A program made the translations under genes and the position numbers. Positions 36,706 to 45,822 of a stretch of DNA of 64,000 nucleotides are shown here, in pieces (position 1 is the stretch's first letter; every line of letters begins with the position of its first letter). Under the pieces are notes generated by a model, which was given only the letters and a program-made list of their open reading frames with translations, ran no database searches and was not told the DNA's origin. This DNA comes from a virus (taxonomy: Duplodnaviria > Heunggongvirae > Uroviricota > Caudoviricetes): IMG/VR virus record IMGVR_UViG_3300027996_000012, positions 1 to 64,000 of that record; one strand, 5' to 3'.

Positions 36706-37092
36706 ATGAAGAATGTAGCGATTTGGATTCTTTGCATCGCGGTATTCGCCACGAGTGGAACTATCTGGTCCATCGAGTGGCGAGTTGGTGTCTGTGATCA
36801 GTTGCTTGATATCAGGCAAGAGGAAATCTACCGCCTGGAAGATGTCGTTGACATGCAGGCCGAGGTGGTCCAAAGCCAAATCGACGAGATTGACGAGCTT
36901 CAAACAATACTGGACAACAACGAGATTTGCCGCGACAGGATGGTCTCTGCATGGCATGTTCGTGAATTGGAACTTCTGGCCGAGATCAAGAGTCTGCGGG
37001 CAACCATTCTTCCGGTAGACCCGCCCGATGGAATCAATCCACCGGATGCCCCTATCTTATTTCAAACAGAGGAAGTCTCCTATGCCAACTGA
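36706..37092 (+). CDS. membrane-anchored coiled-coil protein (128 aa)
   Basis: An N-terminal TM segment (IWILCIAVFATSGTIW) is followed by a coiled coil and a Pro-rich C-terminus. Confidence 0.55.
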   Translation: MKNVAIWILCIAVFATSGTIWSIEWRVGVCDQLLDIRQEEIYRLEDVVDMQAEVVQSQIDEIDELQTILDNNEICRDRMVSAWHVRELELLAEIKSLRATILPVDPPDGINPPDAPILFQTEEVSYAN

Positions 37093-37128
37093 AGACCCTG
37101 TCGCCAAGTAGCCATCAAACGAACTGAA

Positions 37129-37404
37129 GTGATGGATGTCGCCGATGCATTGATGGAAGAGCTTCTGGCTGCCAAAGCCAGATTGGAAGCTCAGCTTCCG
37201 ATTATCATACGAGCTATCGTTGATTTGTCTCCAAACGTTGATGGGTCGCCTACGAGCGATGATGTTCTGGCAGACATTTACAAACAACTGTCGGATGCGA
37301 ATGTCGATAGCGAACACGGCCACTTTTCTGACAATGTCCTGTGCTGTCTTTACGAACTTTGGATCGAGCAGGACCGAATTCCTCAAGGAGAAGACGATGA
37401 ATAG
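37129..37404 (+). CDS. hypothetical acidic protein (91 aa)
   Basis: ORF whose 3' end overlaps the rsr start. Confidence 0.5.
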   Translation: MMDVADALMEELLAAKARLEAQLPIIIRAIVDLSPNVDGSPTSDDVLADIYKQLSDANVDSEHGHFSDNVLCCLYELWIEQDRIPQGEDDE

Positions 37405-38980
37405 GTACGCACGCACACTTTCGCCAAGTAACACTCCTCAGACGCGCCCCTTGGTCGGTAGTAACCAAGTCGCCAACAGCGGCGGTGGCTTTGGTTGGGA
37501 AGTTGATTGCTGGACACGCTTGGATCGGTTTCTGATTCTTGGGTGTGAAGGCGGAACCTATTATGCCGGTGAGCAGAAGCTCACTATCGAAGCTGCTGAG
37601 TCTCTTCGCATCTGTGCTGCTGAGGATGCACAGCGAACCGTGGACCGCATTGTGCAGATCAGTGACGAAGGCCGGGCTGCAAAGAATGACCCTGCCATTT
37701 TCTGTTTGGCTATGTTGTGTGCCGATGCCCGCTACAGTAGCATTGCACTGCCGCGCCTTAGCGAAGTATGTCGAATCGGAACACACCTGTTCCAATTCGT
37801 GGATGCAGTGACTCAATTCCGTGGCTGGGGCCGTGCCTTGAAGCGTGCCGTCTCGAACTGGTATCTGAATCACCGACCTGATCGGCTGGCCGCTCAGATT
37901 ACGAAGTACAAGCAACGCGGTGGCTGGTCTCATCGTGACGTGCTTCGGTGTTGCCATGCACACACCAACAACGCCGAGATCAACCAGATCCTTGGGTACG
38001 CCGTGCGGAAGCCGGGTGGGGATTACCCGATGGTGACCAACCACACACTGGAAGGCGTCGAAAAGGTCAAGTTGGCTACCACCTCGAAAGAGGTTGCCGC
38101 CTTGGTTCGGAGCTACGGCTTGGTCCGTGAGAACATCCCGACTCAGTTCCTCAATGACCCAAGAGTCTGGGAAGCCATGCTTGAGTTGCGGATGCCTATG
38201 ACGGCTTTGATCCGGAATTTGGGTAAGATGACCAGCATCGACGTTCTGAAGCCCAACACCTCAGCAGTGAAGCAGGTATGTGCCCAGCTTCGGGACCGAG
38301 AGCAGCTTCAACGTGCTCGGGTACATCCATTCAGCGTGCTGCTGGCACTCTCCACCTATCAACAAGGTTGTGGTGTTCGTGGCAGTCTCCGTTGGAGCCC
38401 TGTAACCCAGGTGTTGGATTCCCTGGAAGACGCCTACGATGCATCCTTTGGGTACGTCGAGCCCACTGGTCAGCGTTATCTGCTGGGTGTGGATGTGTCT
38501 GGGTCCATGACCTATGGCACGATCAACAACACGCACTTGACGCCACGGGATGCTGCCGGGTGTATGGCTGCTACTTTGGTTCGATCTGAGGACCAAGTGC
38601 AGACCTATGGGTTCTGCAATACCTTCCACTCGTTGCCCGTTACCAAGCGAACATCGCTTTCTGAAGTGAATCGCATGATCACCGGCCTCCCATTTGGTCG
38701 CACAGACTGTTCACTTCCGATGAGGTACGCGACCCAGGAAAAGATTCCGACTGATGTGTTCGTGATCTACACGGACAGCGAGACCAACTGTAACAGCGTA
38801 CACCCTGCTGTAGCACTACAGGACTACCGCCGGAAGATGGGTATCAACGCCAAGTTGATTGTGGTGGCCTTCACCGCCAACGAGATCTCCATCGCGGACC
38901 CCAACGATGCAGGGATGCTCGATGTCGTTGGCTTCGATGCCAGTGCCCCGAAGATCATGGCTGACTTTGCCCGCGAATGA
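37397..38980 (+). CDS. rsr: Ro60 orthologue (Rsr) with TROVE and vWA domains
   Basis: The TROVE-like N-terminus WEVDCWTRLDRFLILGCEGGTYYAGEQKLT is followed by a vWA MIDAS motif LLGVDVSGSMTYG. The 527 aa length matches Ro60. ATG at 37397 follows AAGGAGAAGACG. Confidence 0.75.
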   Translation: MNRYARTLSPSNTPQTRPLVGSNQVANSGGGFGWEVDCWTRLDRFLILGCEGGTYYAGEQKLTIEAAESLRICAAEDAQRTVDRIVQISDEGRAAKNDPAIFCLAMLCADARYSSIALPRLSEVCRIGTHLFQFVDAVTQFRGWGRALKRAVSNWYLNHRPDRLAAQITKYKQRGGWSHRDVLRCCHAHTNNAEINQILGYAVRKPGGDYPMVTNHTLEGVEKVKLATTSKEVAALVRSYGLVRENIPTQFLNDPRVWEAMLELRMPMTALIRNLGKMTSIDVLKPNTSAVKQVCAQLRDREQLQRARVHPFSVLLALSTYQQGCGVRGSLRWSPVTQVLDSLEDAYDASFGYVEPTGQRYLLGVDVSGSMTYGTINNTHLTPRDAAGCMAATLVRSEDQVQTYGFCNTFHSLPVTKRTSLSEVNRMITGLPFGRTDCSLPMRYATQEKIPTDVFVIYTDSETNCNSVHPAVALQDYRRKMGINAKLIVVAFTANEISIADPNDAGMLDVVGFDASAPKIMADFARE

Positions 38981-39010
38981 ATTACTTCAGCCCCTCTACA
39001 CGGGCTATAA

Positions 39011-39051
39011 GCACACCCCCAAAACGAGATACGGGGTGTGCTTTCTTTTTT
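39011..39051 (+). terminator. rho-independent terminator after rsr
   Basis: GCACACCCC-loop-GGGGTGTGC stem followed by TTTCTTTTTT. Confidence 0.7.
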
Positions 39052-39058
39052 ACCCCCC

Positions 39059-39087
39059 TTGACACTGTCTCCCAGCGGTGATACAAT
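39059..39087 (+). promoter_or_regulatory. sigma70-like promoter TTGACA-17-TACAAT
   Basis: Consensus hexamers lie directly after the terminator and upstream of the 39094 gene. Confidence 0.55.
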
Positions 39088-39093
39088 AGGACT

Positions 39094-39438
39094 ATGGAAC
39101 CTACACTTCCCGTTCAACAGCAGATCGACAATGCGGCCATAGCAACGGCCCAGTTGAATTTGCAAGCCGCTCAGGCTAAACACCAGGTGCGCATATACGA
39201 AATCACCCGTGCGCAGAACCAGGTGCGACCGTCCAGCCTCTATACTCCGGTGCTTTACCATGACGGCCTTTGCTGGGTCGCTTGGTATGGTGGCGTCAGT
39301 GAAGAGGTTCAAAAGATGCTTCCGGAAGACGTGACCTCACCGGGTGTGAAAGCCATGGGGTCCTCACCGGCCGAAGCACTCACCAATTTCGATAAACACT
39401 GGTTAGGTATGGAGTTGAAAGACAGTGACCCCGAGTGA
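39094..39438 (+). CDS. hypothetical protein
   Basis: ORF downstream of the promoter. Confidence 0.55.
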   Translation: MEPTLPVQQQIDNAAIATAQLNLQAAQAKHQVRIYEITRAQNQVRPSSLYTPVLYHDGLCWVAWYGGVSEEVQKMLPEDVTSPGVKAMGSSPAEALTNFDKHWLGMELKDSDPE

Positions 39439-40084
39439 AGTTGCCTCAAAAGTTGATCTGGCTGTTCTCAATCCGGCTGCAAGCTATGACATGATTTTAG
39501 CCGGGGCCGAACTGGCAATAGAATACCAGGTAGCCAGCTTCTGTGTCAACCCTACCTGGGTGAGCACGGCAGCACACCGCCTCTCTGGTTCTGGTATCGG
39601 GGTTTGTGCGGTTGTAGATTTCCCACATGGTTCAAGCCGTGCTGAGATGAAAGCATCCCAAACGATATTTGTACTGAATGAGGGAGCCACCGAGGTTGAT
39701 ATGGTTATGAATCTTGGCAAGTTTGCTTCTGGGTTCATGGCTCCTGTTCGTTTTGACATGGAGGCCGTCTGCAAGCTCACACAAGCCAAGAATGTCCCAT
39801 TAAAGGTCATCATCGAATCTTCAGTGTGGAATCCAACTGAGATCAGAATTGCCTGTGATCTGGTGATCAGGTCAGGGGCACAGTACGTTAAGACTTCAAC
39901 AGGCTTCACTGGGACGGCTTCCGTTGAAGACGTGAAGACCATCATAGATGCAGTAGGCGACAAGATTCTTGTTAAAGCATCTGGTGGTATCAAGACTTTC
40001 GAGCAGGCTGTTACGTATTTGGAACTTGGATGTGCCCGGTTGGGCCTCTCTGATATCGAAGGAGTATTGCGAACCGCCCCTTGA
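39425..40084 (+). CDS. deoC: deoxyribose-phosphate aldolase (DeoC)
   Basis: SFCVNPTWV, KVIIESSVW, the active-site Lys context YVKTSTGF, and KASGGIKTF. Confidence 0.8.
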   Translation: MTPSEVASKVDLAVLNPAASYDMILAGAELAIEYQVASFCVNPTWVSTAAHRLSGSGIGVCAVVDFPHGSSRAEMKASQTIFVLNEGATEVDMVMNLGKFASGFMAPVRFDMEAVCKLTQAKNVPLKVIIESSVWNPTEIRIACDLVIRSGAQYVKTSTGFTGTASVEDVKTIIDAVGDKILVKASGGIKTFEQAVTYLELGCARLGLSDIEGVLRTAP

Positions 40085-40101
40085 CAACGGAGTTCCTCCC
40101 T

Positions 40102-40569
40102 ATGTACTCTCCCAGAATCTACTTAGCAGGCCCCATCACGGGGTTGTCGTATGAAGATGCGACTGTGTGGCGCATTGAAGCAACGAATGCCTTACCGGCA
40201 GTTCGTTGCTATTCTCCGATGCGTGCCAAACAAGCCCAACGCAAGTGTAAGAAGCTGGGTTGGGGTGCCAATGAAGTCAACGCGACGGACCCCATCTTCA
40301 CGATTCGTGGGATCATCACACGAGATTACTTGGACTGTGTCAAAGCAGACCTACTCCTCGTGAACTTTGAACCATGTGCCCCTGAAGTCAGTGTCGGCAC
40401 CGTGTCAGAAATCTCATGGGCTTGGGCCGCGCATGTTCCAACGATTGTGATTGCCAAAGAAGGCAACATCCATGACCAGAAATGGATTCGAGAGTTGGTC
40501 CCATTCTGGACAGACGATCTTGAAGATGCCCTTCGGTTGGTCCGAACCATTTTGTTTCCCGGAGTTTGA
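40102..40569 (+). CDS. nucleoside 2-deoxyribosyltransferase / DNPH1 (Rcl)-like dNMP N-hydrolase family protein
   Basis: N-terminal RIYLAGPITG and SVGTVSEISWAWAA resemble the NDT/DNPH1 signatures SIYFCGSIRGG and DSGTAFELGYA. Confidence 0.5.
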   Translation: MYSPRIYLAGPITGLSYEDATVWRIEATNALPAVRCYSPMRAKQAQRKCKKLGWGANEVNATDPIFTIRGIITRDYLDCVKADLLLVNFEPCAPEVSVGTVSEISWAWAAHVPTIVIAKEGNIHDQKWIRELVPFWTDDLEDALRLVRTILFPGV

Positions 40570-40570
40570 G

Positions 40571-41002
40571 ATGAAAGAGTACGTAGCTGGATTCTTCTTT
40601 GATACACAACTTGAACGAGTTGTTCTGATCGAGAAACAGCGTCCGAATTGGCAGAAGGGTTTCTACAACGGGATCGGTGGTCACATTGAACCCGATGACG
40701 AGTATCCAGAGGATGCCATGGAGCGCGAGTTCCTGGAAGAGACCGGGCACCTGGTTGAGAAATGGAAATGGCATCTGTTTTGCGTCTATCACAATGACGA
40801 GTTCATGGTGCATTTCTTCATGGCTATAGGTGATGTCCATGCGGTCCAGACAACAACAGACGAGCGGGTTGAGAGGCATTGGATTGACCATCTCCCCAGC
40901 AACGTGATACCCAATCTGCTTTGGCTGATCCCATTGGCCATTCAGAGTCAAGATAGCGACATCTTTGCTGACGTACAAGCCCCGCTCATAGGAGATGGTT
41001 GA
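40571..41002 (+). CDS. NUDIX hydrolase
   Basis: Nudix box GGHIEPDDEYPEDAMEREFLEETG. Confidence 0.8.
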   Translation: MKEYVAGFFFDTQLERVVLIEKQRPNWQKGFYNGIGGHIEPDDEYPEDAMEREFLEETGHLVEKWKWHLFCVYHNDEFMVHFFMAIGDVHAVQTTTDERVERHWIDHLPSNVIPNLLWLIPLAIQSQDSDIFADVQAPLIGDG

Positions 41003-41445
41003 TGCCAGCAATCTCCTATCAACGCGGGCAACAATTGACGTACCAGGGTGGTGCCTGGCGATATGTTGATGACGGTGCATTAGTCACTGAGGTACGCCCA
41101 TGTGTGCGTTGTGGCAGGATGCCAACCGAGGACGGACACGACGCCTGCTTAGGTCGTATCCCCGGTATTGTGAGTGCCTGCTGTGGTCATGGTATTGAAG
41201 CACCATACAAAACACCCGGAACACGTCTGTACTGTCATCAACTTGGTGAGTACGGGTATCACATGAGTAGCTGTTGTGCCTGTTGCCATGGCTTGACAAA
41301 GGCATCTTCCTTGATGGAATACGAAATGAAGGATGGTAATACGGCTGTGGTTTGTGGCGGGGCTGCTAAGTTCTTGGAAGACAACGGCTGTCTTGTACCG
41401 GGTCAGTCAATTGGACATGGTTGTGACTGGAGGGGCGATCAATGA
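41002..41445 (+). CDS. Cys-rich hypothetical protein
   Basis: Multiple CxxC and CC motifs. TGATG-coupled. Confidence 0.5.
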   Translation: MPAISYQRGQQLTYQGGAWRYVDDGALVTEVRPCVRCGRMPTEDGHDACLGRIPGIVSACCGHGIEAPYKTPGTRLYCHQLGEYGYHMSSCCACCHGLTKASSLMEYEMKDGNTAVVCGGAAKFLEDNGCLVPGQSIGHGCDWRGDQ

Positions 41446-41972
41446 ACTGTGAAGCTGTGATGATTCAAACTCCGCAGGTAGACAACCGAGTCTTCTTAGG
41501 TTATACTAAGAAGATGCTGGGGTACGCCATTGCACGGGCGGCCGACCAGAAACAACCATCATTGGCTCCGGATGCACACCACCTGGCCTGTATTGCGGCC
41601 TTCAAGCACAAAGAAGCCGAGGCGACTGTTGCAGAATCAATGCCTTATCTTGAGATGTTGCATTACGGATTCCTGTTGATGGCCGATGAGCGTGATATGC
41701 AGGAAATCTTGGAGGCAACACATGGAATGCCATTTGTTGTAGTGGAAACCATGATGCGCGGGATGCAGGCAGCTTTGGTCACCGGGTCGCTACGAACATG
41801 GCGCACAGCAGTCCGGCTTGGATGCCAAACCAATACATCACAGGCAGTTCGGGAATGCTTCGATAAGGTCTACATGGCGTTCACAAAGATTGGACTGAAA
41901 GCGTTTTTTGGACAACTCACTCGACGCGAACTACCAGATCATACTTTCTTACTTGAGGGGCCAGATGCGTGA
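41442..41972 (+). CDS. hypothetical protein
   Basis: ATGA-coupled ORF. Confidence 0.5.
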   Translation: MNCEAVMIQTPQVDNRVFLGYTKKMLGYAIARAADQKQPSLAPDAHHLACIAAFKHKEAEATVAESMPYLEMLHYGFLLMADERDMQEILEATHGMPFVVVETMMRGMQAALVTGSLRTWRTAVRLGCQTNTSQAVRECFDKVYMAFTKIGLKAFFGQLTRRELPDHTFLLEGPDA

Positions 41973-42205
41973 CTGACTTACAACTCTTCCTAGATGCTCT
42001 ACACAACATGGGCTTCACGAGAATAAGCGTCGAGTCTGGCGAAGACATGCTATTGACTTCACGAGTCTACTTGACGGATACGGCTCGTGGCAACACAGAT
42101 GTGCTGATCGGGCAGACACCGCGCGGTGGGGACGATAAGGGCTACATGTGCTGGCACTTTGACCATAACGAAAAACTCCTTGAACATGGGGTATGGGAAT
42201 ACTAA
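41969..42205 (+). CDS. hypothetical protein (GTG start)
   Basis: GTGA-coupled ORF. Confidence 0.4.
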   Translation: MTDLQLFLDALHNMGFTRISVESGEDMLLTSRVYLTDTARGNTDVLIGQTPRGGDDKGYMCWHFDHNEKLLEHGVWEY

Positions 42206-44175
42206 TGGAACTTGAACACACTCAGATCATTGTGAAAACCAGGAAGGGCAATAAGGTTTATCGCCCTGCATCCCTTGCATTCCGAGATAATCGCATTGAG
42301 TTCTTGAAATCACCCTTTGATGCCAAGGATGACATCAAGGCCATGAAAGGTTCAAAGTGGCATGGCTTCGAGACGCCTTCTAGGAAGGTTTGGTCAGTCG
42401 CCGACTGTCGCCGAAATCGCTTCCAGTTGGAATTGATGAAGGGCCAGAATCCGTATGAATGGTTTGATCAACCACTGAAGGAATGGAGCTATCAGCGTCC
42501 ATTGATGGACCATCAGATTCTCATGGCAAACTGTGGGCTCACTTATCATTACCAGATCCTTGCTGCCGAAATGGGTCTTGGTAAAACACTGTCAGCTATG
42601 GAGATCATGGAACAATCTGGTGTGCAGAATTGGTGGTGGGTTGGGCCCAAATCTGGTCTCAAAGCGGTTGACCGCGAATTCACAAAGTGGGAGCTTGCAG
42701 CCGGTGTCAACGTAGAGATGATGACCTACGAGAAGCTCGTCAAAACCATGACCAACTGGACTACTGGCGACAATGCGCCCCAGGGTATTATCTACGATGA
42801 GTCTTCCCTCCTCAAGGGACCGACCAGCCAACGCTCACGGTATGCCCGTGACTTGACAGAGGGTATGATGGCCGATTGGGGCACAGATAGCTACATCATT
42901 CTCATGTCAGGTACGCCATCTCCGAAATCACCCCTGGACTGGTGGTCACAGGCTGAGATTTGTTATCCAGGCTTCATCAAAGAGGGCAACCATAATGCCT
43001 TCAAAGCACGTCTGGCGTTCTTGGAAAAATGCAGTAACCATGACGGCGGACACTATCTGGACTTGGTGGCCTGGCGAGACGATGAGAATCGGTGTGCGAC
43101 ATGCGGCGAGTTTTATGACGACGGGCCACACGACAAACTGTTGGCGATTGCTGACGGCGACGAATACCATGCCTATTCCAAGAGCAAGAACGAAGTTGCC
43201 TTCTTGGCAGAACGCCTCAAAGGTCTAGTTGTGGTTCTGCACAAAGAGGATTGCATCCAGTTGCCAGAGAAGCGGTATCGTGTCGAACGATGCGAGATGA
43301 CAAAAGCGGTTGCCAATGTGGCAAAGATTATCGTCAAGTCGGCACCCAATGTCATTTCCGGCCTGACTTGGTTGCGTGAGCTTAGCGATGGATTCCAATA
43401 CCGTGAGGTTAAGGACGGTAAGCAGCCATGCAAGGCTTGCAAGGCCACAGGTGAGATCGACGAGTGGTATGATCCCAATGATGATAACCATCACTTCCAA
43501 GCTGTGGAACTTCTTGACCCAGAGTATGTGGCCACGTTGCTCAAGCATAAGATCACATGCCCCACATGCAAGGGTTCCAAGGAAGTCCCCAAGTTCACGC
43601 GGAAGACTTACGAACTCCCGTGCCCCAAAGAAGACAAGCTCTCAATGCTACTGGATGAAAATGACGAACAAGGCCGTATCGTCATCTTTGCAGGATTCAC
43701 CGGTTCGGTGGATCGTGTCACAAATCTCTGTTTGAAGAAACAGTGGGACGTGGTTCGTGTTGATGGTCGAGGGTGGCTCATATACAGGTATGACCCTGAA
43801 ACCAAGAAGCGGGTTGTAATTCGTGATGTCAAACCGTTGGATTATTGGGCCAATGTCAAAGGCATAAGACGAGTTGCGTTCGTGGCTCACCCGAAGTCCG
43901 GTGGTATGGCCTTGACCTTGACAGAAGCCCGTATGGCTGTATTCTGGTCAAACGATTTTGATCCATCATCACGGCGTCAAGCTGAAGATCGTATCCACCG
44001 TAAGGGTATGGATGCGAATCTTGGCGCAACAATTGTGGACTTGTTCCATCTCCCGTATGACGAACATATCAGAGACGTGCTGGCTGCCAACCGTCGCCTG
44101 GAGCTTATGACTCTTGGTGAAGATGGCACCCTGATTTGGAACGAGGAAGAGGAAGAGGAAGAGGCAACCGCATGA
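42205..44175 (+). CDS. SNF2/Rad54-family helicase with zinc-ribbon inserts and an acidic C-terminal tail
   Basis: Motif I AAEMGLGKTL, motif II IIYDESS, Cys4 ribbons, C-terminal EEEEEEEATA. Confidence 0.75.
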   Translation: MELEHTQIIVKTRKGNKVYRPASLAFRDNRIEFLKSPFDAKDDIKAMKGSKWHGFETPSRKVWSVADCRRNRFQLELMKGQNPYEWFDQPLKEWSYQRPLMDHQILMANCGLTYHYQILAAEMGLGKTLSAMEIMEQSGVQNWWWVGPKSGLKAVDREFTKWELAAGVNVEMMTYEKLVKTMTNWTTGDNAPQGIIYDESSLLKGPTSQRSRYARDLTEGMMADWGTDSYIILMSGTPSPKSPLDWWSQAEICYPGFIKEGNHNAFKARLAFLEKCSNHDGGHYLDLVAWRDDENRCATCGEFYDDGPHDKLLAIADGDEYHAYSKSKNEVAFLAERLKGLVVVLHKEDCIQLPEKRYRVERCEMTKAVANVAKIIVKSAPNVISGLTWLRELSDGFQYREVKDGKQPCKACKATGEIDEWYDPNDDNHHFQAVELLDPEYVATLLKHKITCPTCKGSKEVPKFTRKTYELPCPKEDKLSMLLDENDEQGRIVIFAGFTGSVDRVTNLCLKKQWDVVRVDGRGWLIYRYDPETKKRVVIRDVKPLDYWANVKGIRRVAFVAHPKSGGMALTLTEARMAVFWSNDFDPSSRRQAEDRIHRKGMDANLGATIVDLFHLPYDEHIRDVLAANRRLELMTLGEDGTLIWNEEEEEEEATA

Positions 44176-44333
44176 ACAAGAGACCGAAGACTTCCGATGT
44201 TATCTTAGCCATGTTGGCTGGGATCGTGGTCATTCCCTTAATCGTGATTGGGTCAGTTTTCTTTGGCTGTTGGCTGGCCTGGTTAGGCGGACATGCTTTC
44301 GATTGGTTTGCACCTTGGTTTGGATTGGTATGA
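44172..44333 (+). CDS. small membrane protein (53 aa)
   Basis: ATGA-coupled to the helicase. Product MNKRPKTSDVILAMLAGIVVIPLIVIGSVFFGCWLAWLG. Confidence 0.4.
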   Translation: MNKRPKTSDVILAMLAGIVVIPLIVIGSVFFGCWLAWLGGHAFDWFAPWFGLV

Positions 44334-44596
44334 ACAGAATAAGCGCACTACCGCGAGACGTTACGAGTTTCATCGAAGATCACGATGGACGTTGTGCCAT
44401 CTTTTGGGAGACTACTGGCGGCTGGGCTTTGCGAATCACGGTAGGCTCCGTTACCCGTTCGATACCACTACCAAATGGTATCCTGACTACAGAGATTGTC
44501 TACGAACTCTATGGAAAAGTATGCGAGCAACTAATCCTTGGAGACGAACAACTGGCGAGTCCAGAAGATGTGTTTGAGCAGATGCCGATTACATGA
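44330..44596 (+). CDS. hypothetical protein (88 aa)
   Basis: ATGA-coupled on both sides. Confidence 0.4.
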   Translation: MNRISALPRDVTSFIEDHDGRCAIFWETTGGWALRITVGSVTRSIPLPNGILTTEIVYELYGKVCEQLILGDEQLASPEDVFEQMPIT

Positions 44597-45120
44597 AGCA
44601 GCACTGGTTTACCGCCGACTTGCATTTGGGACATGGCTTTATCATCAGACATTGCCATCGGCCATTTACCTGTGCTGAGACCATGGACCTTCATTTGATC
44701 GACCAGATTAACGATTGTGTGGATGCCAAAGATGTGTTGTACATACTGGGAGACTTTTGCTGGGGTGCCACCAACGTAGGACACTACCGAGAACAGATCA
44801 ATTGCCGGGAAGTCCATTTGATCCAAGGTAACCATGATCCAAACTCGGCCGGGAAACACTTTAGCACATGCCATCAGTTCAACGAAATCAAGGTACGGGG
44901 ACAAAGAATTACCCTTTGCCACTACCCATTGGCGGTGTGGCCGGGCCACCTCAAGGGCGCATGGCACCTGTATGGTCACTGCCATAGTCTTCAAGAAGAG
45001 ACACTAGACAAGATGTATCCAGGACGACGATCCAAAGATGCCGGGGTTGATAACGCCATGAAACGTCTCGGGCGTATGGGTCCGTTCTCATTTGACATAC
45101 TAGGGGAGATGTTTGCATGA
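44593..45120 (+). CDS. calcineurin-like metallophosphoesterase
   Basis: DLHLGH, GDFCWG and GNHD motifs. Confidence 0.75.
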   Translation: MKQHWFTADLHLGHGFIIRHCHRPFTCAETMDLHLIDQINDCVDAKDVLYILGDFCWGATNVGHYREQINCREVHLIQGNHDPNSAGKHFSTCHQFNEIKVRGQRITLCHYPLAVWPGHLKGAWHLYGHCHSLQEETLDKMYPGRRSKDAGVDNAMKRLGRMGPFSFDILGEMFA

Positions 45121-45308
45121 AAGAACTGTTCGGATTTCTGGTGTTTCTTTTGGTCTGCGGCCTCCTGGCTGTGGGCATGGGATTCATTGCTAATGGTTGG
45201 ATACCCATGGTGCAACGTATTGCTATTGTAGATGTGTTCCTTTTCGCCATGGCCATAGTGGCAGCTTGGATCGGTGACCCGTCTGATGACGAAAACAACG
45301 AGGAATAA
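45117..45308 (+). CDS. small 2-TM membrane protein
   Basis: ATGA-coupled, hydrophobic. Confidence 0.45.
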   Translation: MKELFGFLVFLLVCGLLAVGMGFIANGWIPMVQRIAIVDVFLFAMAIVAAWIGDPSDDENNEE

Positions 45309-45311
45309 ATC

Positions 45312-45776
45312 ATGCCTACACTAGGAGTTGGTGCTGTTGTTCGGGTTGCTGGCCAAGATGTTCTGGTCACCGGGCACAGTACCCCGGATGTTTCAGGATT
45401 CAATGTCAATACGGGTGCTCCACTGGCCGGTACAGAAGGTCAGCTTACTTCGGTGTTGGCCGATACCTACCGCGAATACATTGTGGGGAAATCAAACGAG
45501 GTGCAACTCGGCCGTTGGTTTGTAGGGAAGGTCGCCCAGAACGATAATGGCAATGTCGGTTTCATTACATCTTATACACCGACACCATCACCTGTATGGG
45601 CTGGGGTTGATTTGGAAACCGGCGCAGGCTGGCAATCAACTACGCTGCCTGCCCTACTTGCGAAGACCATAGGGATCTTTACAACCGAAATGCTGCTAAA
45701 AGCAGTGTCCCATAAGCACGCCATCAAGCCTACGCGAGACCACGACGCAGTGCGCCCGAACATTCCACAGAGCTAA
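45312..45776 (+). CDS. hypothetical protein
   Basis: ORF with RBS. Confidence 0.5.
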   Translation: MPTLGVGAVVRVAGQDVLVTGHSTPDVSGFNVNTGAPLAGTEGQLTSVLADTYREYIVGKSNEVQLGRWFVGKVAQNDNGNVGFITSYTPTPSPVWAGVDLETGAGWQSTTLPALLAKTIGIFTTEMLLKAVSHKHAIKPTRDHDAVRPNIPQS

Positions 45777-45822
45777 GGAACCCCATGTACCTCAAAGCCT
45801 ACCGGCCATAAAGGAGACCACG

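Noticed and set aside
36706-37092. Spanin (Rz/Rz1-like) pair: a TM plus coiled-coil protein with an embedded +1-frame ORF (36755-37018) containing a VISC lipobox-like motif
   Set aside because: The embedded ORF is not Pro-rich and its Cys context is a weak lipobox. No endolysin or holin is adjacent. The evidence is too thin, and it is listed only as a membrane coiled-coil protein.
37220-37396. N-terminal extension of the Rsr ORF to 37220 as in the ORF track
   Set aside because: The extension overlaps the well-formed upstream ORF 37129-37404 in another frame and has no RBS. ATG 37397 follows AAGGAGAAGACG and gives a Ro60-sized product.
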